Virus record (IMG/VR): IMGVR_UViG_3300035180_002250
Location: 1 to 64,000 of that record
Direction: 5' to 3' (one strand)
Source of the DNA: a virus
Length of the DNA stretch: 64,000 nucleotides
Shown: one piece after another, positions 56,430 to 64,000 of the stretch
How positions within the stretch are numbered: position 1 is the stretch's first letter
How the letters are laid out: each line of letters opens with the position of its first letter
Notes under the pieces: generated by a model
Told to the model about the DNA's origin: nothing
Databases searched by the model: none
Seen by the model: the letters and a program-made list of their open reading frames with translations, nothing else
Made by a program: the position numbers and the translations under genes

Positions 56430-59400
56430 TTAACTACCTATTTGCACAAAGTCGGTTAATTTTAATTTACCTGCGTAGTAATCTTTCCAAGCATCTATAT
56501 CGTTGGTGTAGTGTTTGACATCTTTATTTGTACCAGCAGTACTTCCCACATTCTTTGTACCCATATATAGCCCAACTACCGCCTCGCCTTTCGGGAACTG
56601 CAATATACTTCCTATTTTTTTATCGGAAAAAACTTGCTTTGAAGGAACAATATTCTTGGCGTCTTCAACAGCACCTTTTGTTACAGGCACATGTACGGTT
56701 TCGGTGTCCCATACAACAAGGCCAGACTCAGTTACCATCGTATATGCAGGTGGAATAGTAAGATCATATGCAGTTGTTATCTCAGGAATAGGGCGGATAT
56801 TGGTAATAACATCCCATTCGATGCTAGCATCCATCACCATGTAAGCCCATTTCTCCCAAAACTTGATATCACTTTGAAAGACCCCAGCTTTAATCAGAGT
56901 TACAATATTTTTTGCAGTTTCCAGTGGGAGTACACCGTCAGTTTTCATTGTTTTTGCAACAACTACCTGAATCGACTTCAATTGCTTCTGCGTGTCACCT
57001 GTAATTTCAATGCCACACATCGTCAAATGCTTTATAGTCAGATTATCAGTGATCTCCTGCATCCGTGTTTTACTCAGTTTAGGAACATACCTATCCTGTT
57101 TCAGGTTATTATCATCAATCACTGCCCTGGAGAGCTTTTCAACCTTTTGCGAGTGGTACAGAACGATCTCCGATTGAATTTTGGCAACCGTTTCCGTACT
57201 AAATACAACAGACCAGGAGGTACCCCCTTCATCAGTTACCTTAGAAAACTTTGCTGTAGCCGACATCCCCAAACTGTTACAAAGTGAAACGATTTCAAAA
57301 GCCAACCTCTTTGATATGGTAAAATATTGGACACAACATTGCGTCTTATTTTTACTTTTGGCTTTAACATCAGACATAGATACAGTACCGTTGGAATCAA
57401 TCAACCCAGCCAACATTCCCTTACGATACTCTACAGGTGATTCTAACCAAAACTCAGGAAGATGCTTGTTACCTGCATCCTGGCCGATACTTTTCTTAAA
57501 AAAATCATTATTACCCTCAAATAGTGAATTCATAATCCTTATTATATTATTTCTAAATTGAACGTCACGTTCCGTAATACATAATTGCAAAGTGGAAGTA
57601 TCATTATCATTATTAGCACCAGTGGACCAACCATCACCACAGAAAGCCCCTGTAAGCCACCCAAAGTCATAACTCAGTGGTATTTCCGTGATTGATTGGT
57701 ACTTGTCGTAATCAGTATTAGTAAATTTTATTGAGTTGATTCTACCCCCAGGTACCTCCAGTTTTACTTTAGGTACAACTAGACCTACTGCAGGTACAGC
57801 TTTTACATAGTTCAAATCATCATCGACCGTAACCAAGCTGTGATCCATCGAGCATAATACGGTTCTTTTTGTATTAGTTAAGCATTCCACCATCTTCAAG
57901 TTTTTATGAATGGAAAATTCTTTAACTGGTAACCACTTGATTTCACCATTGTTAACAGTTAAAACTTCCACACCTTCCGGAACAGCATATTTTTCTTTGT
58001 TACCCGATATTTCCCTGCTCTCCTCGATTCTCGGAAAGTCCTCCAAATTAATTAATCCATGCATGTACTGAATTTTACTGTTTTCATTATTGAAGTTAAG
58101 TAAGAAATTATTAATATTATTATTATTTATTTTTTTCCGATAGTAGACTGAATTAATTAGAGAATCTCCATCATAATCCGCATTGCTACTAGTCTCCCAC
58201 AGTGTATTTACCTTTAACGTCTTTCCATCACGTAAAACAGGGTATGCAGCAAATATACTATGCCGCCACAGCGTAGGCGCTCTATTAACTAATACAGGAC
58301 GTTCCTTGAGTTCTTGGTCAAGTATTTTCTTGGCCATTGGACTTCGCGCCTCAACCTCTTTCTTAGCCTCTAAAATAGTTTTACCCATACTAGTAAGTTG
58401 TTTCAGAATAAACGGTGTATACAAAGTCCAAGCCATGTCCAACGGCATTCCAATTTGGTCCAAACCTAGGGTGTTGTCTGGAGCAATCGTAGCTCGGCCA
58501 GTAAGATTCATTTTAGAGTAAATAATCTTATGCTGGAAAAAACCTTCCTTCGGAATATTCCCGGAAATATAGGATAACGCCCCTTTTACCCCACGGTTAC
58601 GTAGCATTGGATTTTCAGGGTCCATTGTACCAGCAAGTTCAGAAACCCGTTTGTACAAGTTGTGCCGCATTTGGTCCAAACCATAGTCCAGTCCTTCTTG
58701 CTTGTACTTCTTCAAAACATCGTTCTGATTTATTAAATCTCGGTATAACAGATTGGAGTCACTAACGATCTTTTCACCTGTATCTGAAATAATAAAAGGT
58801 CTGAGTGCCGGTGGGGTTACTGAAATGTACTGTTTCATGTATGCATCACCAGCCTTCAATCCATTTTCTTTCAAAGCAGACAGGTATTTTAATTTTTTAA
58901 CCTGAGTGTCTAACGCTGTTCCACTGAGTTTTACATTGTTTATCTGACTTTTCGTTGCTTCAATCTCTTTATCAATGTCAATGGAATTCAACTTATTTTT
59001 TAACGCCTCACCACCTTCTTTTACGTAAGTATCAACAACGTTTTGCTTGGTTCCACCGAGTAAAACTCGGATGGCATTTTCAAATACTGGGTTGATAACT
59101 GGTTCAGCCAGTTGAATATGCCCCCACTTGGTACCCTTTACTCCACCAAGAATACGTTTATCATAAAGCCCACCATTTTCAGGTTCGTACTTGGGGCCAA
59201 TCTGCTTGCCGTTCACAATCTCACCAGAGCTTAAATGCAGTGTGTCATTATCTGTCAGTGGACCCAGTTTCAATACGTTACTATCTTTAGTTACGTTGAT
59301 TCCTGCTTGTTTCAGGATATCCACAAACTTCGTGAATACCTTCTTTTCCTTCGGTATCTCAGGGTTCATTCCGTTTTGAAAAGCTCTCCAGTACTCTATA

Positions 59401-62400
59401 TTCTTGCTGCTCTTCACTAAATTGTTTTCCAGCATTGTGTTGCGCATGTTATGCCCAATCAGGGCATTCACCTCCATACCCCCCATACCTTTGGGTCCGG
59501 TTTCCCCACTACCTGCAGGGGCCTCATCAGTGTCATAGGCACCGTCAATGTTCCTAGCTGCATAATTAGAATCAGTTGTTTTAGCTAGTTTATGAATATG
59601 CTGTACACCGGTGAAAATGCCCTTGACTTCCTTCCCTGTTATTGGGTCCACGATTGTCTCGTAGGGGCTTACACCATGCTTAGCCATCTCCTGTTTTACG
59701 AAGTCCACACCGGAAGATACGCTGAAATTTTTTAATTCATATGTTTTACCAGTCTTCTTAGCAACCTTACCCAATGCACTATCCAGAATCTGCGCAGGAT
59801 TAATTCTACCAATTACCCCGACTGGGGTGAACAAAGCATCAATCTTTTCACCTTCCTTGGTATGCACCATATCCTCGTCTGGAATAATCTTGGTGATAAC
59901 CCCTTTATTCCCCCAGCTACCAGCAAGTTTATCACCGATAGTTGCTGGTCGTTCAGACTGAAATAAAATGGTTATCACATTACCATGGTGTAACACTTCA
60001 ATAACTGTTGCCGGATGGTCGTCATGGTATGTTTCACTGACATCCGTATATTTATGGACCAGACTTTTATGTATTGAACTAAGCACCTTATTTTTTATAC
60101 TGGATTCATTATTTTTTAATAAAAGTACATACGGATCACCGTGAGTAACAACAGAACCAACTTTAATAACCCCTGTATCCGATAATTTATTCAATTGTTC
60201 CTTGGAATATGCAGTTGGAAATTCTGAAATAAATTTATGCTTGTCCAGTAATAATGTTTTATCAAGCGTTACGGATTTTTTAACAACGTATTCTGATGTA
60301 AGCTTGTTCGCTGCAGATTGAGATAATACGACACCATCTTCGTGGTTTTGACCATGGTAGGGCATGTAAGCGATATGCAAATTTTTACCTAATGCAAGTT
60401 CTCCTTTATCGTCGGTAAAATTTGATGTAGCGACAATATCACCTTCATTAACATGATCCCCTTGTTTAACTTTGATGTAATTGTGTAACATTGTTTTGGT
60501 GGCAAGAGGGTAGTTTTTGATATATTCTACTTTTTGAATATCTTTTTTATTTTTATCACTGGTAATATAAATAAAGTTTTCATCAATTTTGCTGATAGTA
60601 CCTGAAACTGGTGCATGCACAGTAACCATTGATCCAATAATTTTAGACAAAGTAGTAACTCCAGAGGAATCACTATTCTTATTAGAAGCTAATGGTAGTG
60701 CAGCTTTAACATATCTGGTGTCAGGATTAACCAGTGGCAAAGCTTGTTGAAAATGCTTGTCCCCCATTAACAATCTATTACCCTGACTGTTGCTTAAAAA
60801 AGGAATATTATTGGTTGTTAACGTATGTAAATGTTCTGGAGATGGAACTATATAATCCAAATCTTTCAATTTGATTTTAATCAGTTTGCCTTCTTTTATT
60901 GCTGGTACTATAGTCTCACCGAACTTTTGATCACTACCTGATAAATATTTCTCAATATCCGTATAATAACTTTGTGGAAATCCTACTGTGTTATGGTATG
61001 TATCAATGACTGACTTAACTTCGTCCTTATTCGTTTTCATATTATGCAAAATACGGGAAGGTTCATTGGTACTATCTTTAAACGCAAATAGGGCGAATCT
61101 ATTATCAATGCCTGTTTTATTACTTTCTGGCGTAGCTATTGGGTCGATTACTCCCATGTATGAATTATGTATCGACCGAGAATCCATCGGAATCGCACGT
61201 TCATTGGTAATAGCCCCCTCCCCCAACCTCGTAACGATCATCGCTTGATCCAGCATCTCCATAGGATTGATCTGAGTTGGAAGCCTGCTAATATCACTTG
61301 TCGTAATAAAATTCTTAATCGGCTTTGTAAAATACCCTGGATTAAAAATATTTTTTAATTCAGCAGTAGCACCATTCGGATTTTTAGAAGCTTCTTCAGG
61401 ATTGAATGAATCCAGTTTATATTTAATTTTGGTAATCTCAGAATTATTTTTATCCAGAACTTCTTTCATGATATCTTCAACAGTGTAAATTTTCTGGAAT
61501 TCCAGATTGTCTCGTTCATCAGGAGCAGTTTTCTGGTTGTATACACCGATAATTTTCTTGGTGGCATCTAAAAGGATATTATAATCGATATGTGAGTATG
61601 CATTTCCAAGTGTTATACTTGTTGTTTTTGGATCGATTGCTGTATGGTTTGCAAAATAATCCTGTATTTTTTTAATCTTCTCTTCTTTGCTTAGTGTTTT
61701 GGATATGATTGTATCAGGTGATTCCACACTGGAACTGTCTGAATCTACATCTACATTTACATCTATAGAGTCTTTACGCTCATTCTTATACTCAACCAAC
61801 TTTGAATATAAAATATCAATTGTTTTATTCATCATGTTTGCAGAAACATTCTTGTTCACCATGAACAAGTCTTTACCCATTTTCGCTTCTATAACAGAGT
61901 CAGGAGCACCTAACACATGCAGCAATGCGTATAAAGGCAGTGTTGAATGAAGTATGTCTACGCTAAAAATACCTTTGGCCGGGTCCAATAAAATTTTGAA
62001 ATTTGCACCTACGGATAAATTGAAAGAACTCTCAATTGTGTTGTTCCCACGAATTCGTGTGTAGCATCCAGGCTTGGTTCTTAATTGACTAACAATGAAA
62101 TATTCGTTACCATCGATGATAAAAGTATACCTATTGGTAAATAAAGGTATACCGGCAATTCTATGGTGCTTCAATTGCCCGACAATCTGTTTTGTTTTGT
62201 TATCAATAATATCTATATCTGCATATACTTTGTCATAAACTGTGCCTTTAGACAGAATAACCCGCTTTTGGTCATTCTGAGTAAGTTCGGTTTTCTTAAT
62301 AGAAATATCTTTTAAAACAGCAGTATATTTATTACTTACAATAGGAAACTTGCCAGATATTCCTTCTATAATTTTAGTGTAAATACTATTCTTTAACGAT

Positions 62401-62453
62401 ATTGGATCAGTTAAAATAGGTCTTGCATTAGTTGTATTATTATCAGTAGGCAT
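56430..62453 (-). CDS. Phage RNA polymerase beta + beta'-N fusion, intein-containing
   Basis: beta motifs (TPES..G, RLLMG..QQA, ALGKN, EDG, GDKLAG..GNKG, GR.N, GGMEV) then beta' motifs (GLYD..GG..WGHI.L, PPALRP, GRATIAPD, NRAPTLWR, NADYDGD, VHVP). Confidence 0.92.
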   Translation of the reverse strand: MPTDNNTTNARPILTDPISLKNSIYTKIIEGISGKFPIVSNKYTAVLKDISIKKTELTQNDQKRVILSKGTVYDKVYADIDIIDNKTKQIVGQLKHHRIAGIPLFTNRYTFIIDGNEYFIVSQLRTKPGCYTRIRGNNTIESSFNLSVGANFKILLDPAKGIFSVDILHSTLPLYALLHVLGAPDSVIEAKMGKDLFMVNKNVSANMMNKTIDILYSKLVEYKNERKDSIDVNVDVDSDSSSVESPDTIISKTLSKEEKIKKIQDYFANHTAIDPKTTSITLGNAYSHIDYNILLDATKKIIGVYNQKTAPDERDNLEFQKIYTVEDIMKEVLDKNNSEITKIKYKLDSFNPEEASKNPNGATAELKNIFNPGYFTKPIKNFITTSDISRLPTQINPMEMLDQAMIVTRLGEGAITNERAIPMDSRSIHNSYMGVIDPIATPESNKTGIDNRFALFAFKDSTNEPSRILHNMKTNKDEVKSVIDTYHNTVGFPQSYYTDIEKYLSGSDQKFGETIVPAIKEGKLIKIKLKDLDYIVPSPEHLHTLTTNNIPFLSNSQGNRLLMGDKHFQQALPLVNPDTRYVKAALPLASNKNSDSSGVTTLSKIIGSMVTVHAPVSGTISKIDENFIYITSDKNKKDIQKVEYIKNYPLATKTMLHNYIKVKQGDHVNEGDIVATSNFTDDKGELALGKNLHIAYMPYHGQNHEDGVVLSQSAANKLTSEYVVKKSVTLDKTLLLDKHKFISEFPTAYSKEQLNKLSDTGVIKVGSVVTHGDPYVLLLKNNESSIKNKVLSSIHKSLVHKYTDVSETYHDDHPATVIEVLHHGNVITILFQSERPATIGDKLAGSWGNKGVITKIIPDEDMVHTKEGEKIDALFTPVGVIGRINPAQILDSALGKVAKKTGKTYELKNFSVSSGVDFVKQEMAKHGVSPYETIVDPITGKEVKGIFTGVQHIHKLAKTTDSNYAARNIDGAYDTDEAPAGSGETGPKGMGGMEVNALIGHNMRNTMLENNLVKSSKNIEYWRAFQNGMNPEIPKEKKVFTKFVDILKQAGINVTKDSNVLKLGPLTDNDTLHLSSGEIVNGKQIGPKYEPENGGLYDKRILGGVKGTKWGHIQLAEPVINPVFENAIRVLLGGTKQNVVDTYVKEGGEALKNKLNSIDIDKEIEATKSQINNVKLSGTALDTQVKKLKYLSALKENGLKAGDAYMKQYISVTPPALRPFIISDTGEKIVSDSNLLYRDLINQNDVLKKYKQEGLDYGLDQMRHNLYKRVSELAGTMDPENPMLRNRGVKGALSYISGNIPKEGFFQHKIIYSKMNLTGRATIAPDNTLGLDQIGMPLDMAWTLYTPFILKQLTSMGKTILEAKKEVEARSPMAKKILDQELKERPVLVNRAPTLWRHSIFAAYPVLRDGKTLKVNTLWETSSNADYDGDSLINSVYYRKKINNNNINNFLLNFNNENSKIQYMHGLINLEDFPRIEESREISGNKEKYAVPEGVEVLTVNNGEIKWLPVKEFSIHKNLKMVECLTNTKRTVLCSMDHSLVTVDDDLNYVKAVPAVGLVVPKVKLEVPGGRINSIKFTNTDYDKYQSITEIPLSYDFGWLTGAFCGDGWSTGANNDNDTSTLQLCITERDVQFRNNIIRIMNSLFEGNNDFFKKSIGQDAGNKHLPEFWLESPVEYRKGMLAGLIDSNGTVSMSDVKAKSKNKTQCCVQYFTISKRLAFEIVSLCNSLGMSATAKFSKVTDEGGTSWSVVFSTETVAKIQSEIVLYHSQKVEKLSRAVIDDNNLKQDRYVPKLSKTRMQEITDNLTIKHLTMCGIEITGDTQKQLKSIQVVVAKTMKTDGVLPLETAKNIVTLIKAGVFQSDIKFWEKWAYMVMDASIEWDVITNIRPIPEITTAYDLTIPPAYTMVTESGLVVWDTETVHVPVTKGAVEDAKNIVPSKQVFSDKKIGSILQFPKGEAVVGLYMGTKNVGSTAGTNKDVKHYTNDIDAWKDYYAGKLKLTDFVQIGS
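56706..58163 (-). mobile_element. Intein (486 aa) with LAGLIDADG domain, Ser1...Trp-Asp/Thr+1
   Basis: Interrupts NADYDGD|TETVHVP; block B CSMDHSL, LAGLIDSNG, block F AYDLTIP, end TESGLVVWD. Confidence 0.88.
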
Positions 62454-62470
62454 ATGTTTTCCTGAATAAA

Positions 62471-63253
62471 TTAGATATAATTCACCATTTTCATCATCTG
62501 GACTTGGGTATAAACTACAGAATAGAAATCGTATAAATGTTCAGCTATGTTTTCAATCTTTTCACTAAGTGACACATTGTTTGTATCTTTTGTAGTACCT
62601 TCAAAATTACTCAAATTATTAGTAATAAAATAGTGTACAAAGTGATAATTCATTATAGCTGTCGTTATGTCAGACCACTTAGATAAGTCCCATACCTTTT
62701 CGTATTTAATATAAATTAACTTGCACAAGTGCTGTATTTGATCATCATCAAATGCGTTGATTAATTTATTATAATACTGAATAAACTCAACAGGATGCTC
62801 TTGTTCTTGTGTAGGTTTCAAAGAAGTTTGAGTAATTGCATTACTACTACTTAATATATCTTTTGTGTTGTCTTTCCACAATACTCCATAAATAGGGATT
62901 GAGTTATTACCAAACTCTAAGGTGCTCACTTTATTTAAATAATTCTTACCAGGAACATTGTTTGTATACCTAAAAAGGCATTTAGCATCTTTTTGTATAT
63001 TACTATTGAATCCATTCATATTATTAAAATAGTTAGCTATATCCGTACTCCCATAAATAATGTCAGTAGAGTACGAAGCGGCTATATTAATTACTTGTGA
63101 ATTATCAAATAGATAATTTTCACAACTATTCAACATATTTGAATAGATGAAACTATGTAAAATACCCTTTGGCACTTCCAAATCCTGGGATGGTTCATCA
63201 GGGGGCATTCTATCTGTATCAAATTCCATTTCTATGTAGGGTACAGGAGTCAT
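62471..63253 (-). CDS. Hypothetical protein
   Basis: 260-aa ORF upstream of the RNAP gene. Confidence 0.7.
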   Translation of the reverse strand: MTPVPYIEMEFDTDRMPPDEPSQDLEVPKGILHSFIYSNMLNSCENYLFDNSQVINIAASYSTDIIYGSTDIANYFNNMNGFNSNIQKDAKCLFRYTNNVPGKNYLNKVSTLEFGNNSIPIYGVLWKDNTKDILSSSNAITQTSLKPTQEQEHPVEFIQYYNKLINAFDDDQIQHLCKLIYIKYEKVWDLSKWSDITTAIMNYHFVHYFITNNLSNFEGTTKDTNNVSLSEKIENIAEHLYDFYSVVYTQVQMMKMVNYI

Positions 63254-63645
63254 TTTGCGTGGACCTCACCGTATTTAATTGCGACCAAGTAACTACCATC
63301 TTTGGTAAATGTTGTCTCTTCTTTAAAAATGGATACATCACCAAGCTTGGATAACTCATTCATAGATGTCAAACTTCGTGACATTACATCTTCAATAAAC
63401 AGTCTTTGCTCAGGGTCATCTATATTACCAACATAATAATGAATTCTTATTTCAAGAATTACTTTGTTACCTGTATCTGTACTACTTGAATCTGCAGTAC
63501 TTAATATATTACTTGTTTCCGGAGCACTCTGTGTAATAAGTTGGTTGCTTGTAACCCGATCCAACTCAGAAAACTTACCCAAAGATACCGATAAATCTTT
63601 ATTAGAGAGGGTGTTTACTGTATCAACAAATTCTTTATAGCTCAT
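63250..63645 (-). CDS. Hypothetical protein
   Basis: 131 aa; ATGA overlap with the next gene. Confidence 0.7.
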   Translation of the reverse strand: MSYKEFVDTVNTLSNKDLSVSLGKFSELDRVTSNQLITQSAPETSNILSTADSSSTDTGNKVILEIRIHYYVGNIDDPEQRLFIEDVMSRSLTSMNELSKLGDVSIFKEETTFTKDGSYLVAIKYGEVHAK

Positions 63646-63683
63646 AAAATCAACCCTTTTTGTTTAGTTCTTTGTTTAAACTA

Positions 63684-64000
<317 letters not shown>

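Overview
A 64-kb, AT-rich segment of what is most likely a large (jumbo-type) bacteriophage genome. Two minus-strand blocks (1-9.8 kb and 45.6-64 kb) carry virion, lysis and transcription genes. These include six tandem paralogues and other proteins sharing an N-terminal MIT[KR]-x-[AG] motif, tail fibres, a cell-wall hydrolase, and a phage multisubunit RNA polymerase. The polymerase is split into a beta+beta'-N fusion, with an atypical Asp-terminated intein right after the catalytic NADYDGD, and a beta'-C gene about 49 kb away. A repeat-rich 2.9-kb non-coding region (11.2-14.1 kb) looks like a replication origin. A plus-strand block (14.1-45.6 kb) opens with the main finding, an apparently complete phage-encoded ubiquitin-like conjugation locus (Ubl, unknown, E2-like, JAB peptidase, E1/ThiF). 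Nucleotide and DNA metabolism genes follow (RNase H, dNMP kinase-like, dUTPase, NrdJ, ThyA-like, GyrB), then candidate anti-defence genes (Tad2/DUF2829-like, AcrIII-1/DUF1874-like) and many small duplicated genes. A tnpB-only IS200/IS605 element has right-end/omegaRNA stubs and a left-end copy scattered across the window. No tRNA, rRNA or CRISPR array was found. All family calls come from motif recognition by eye, not from database searches.
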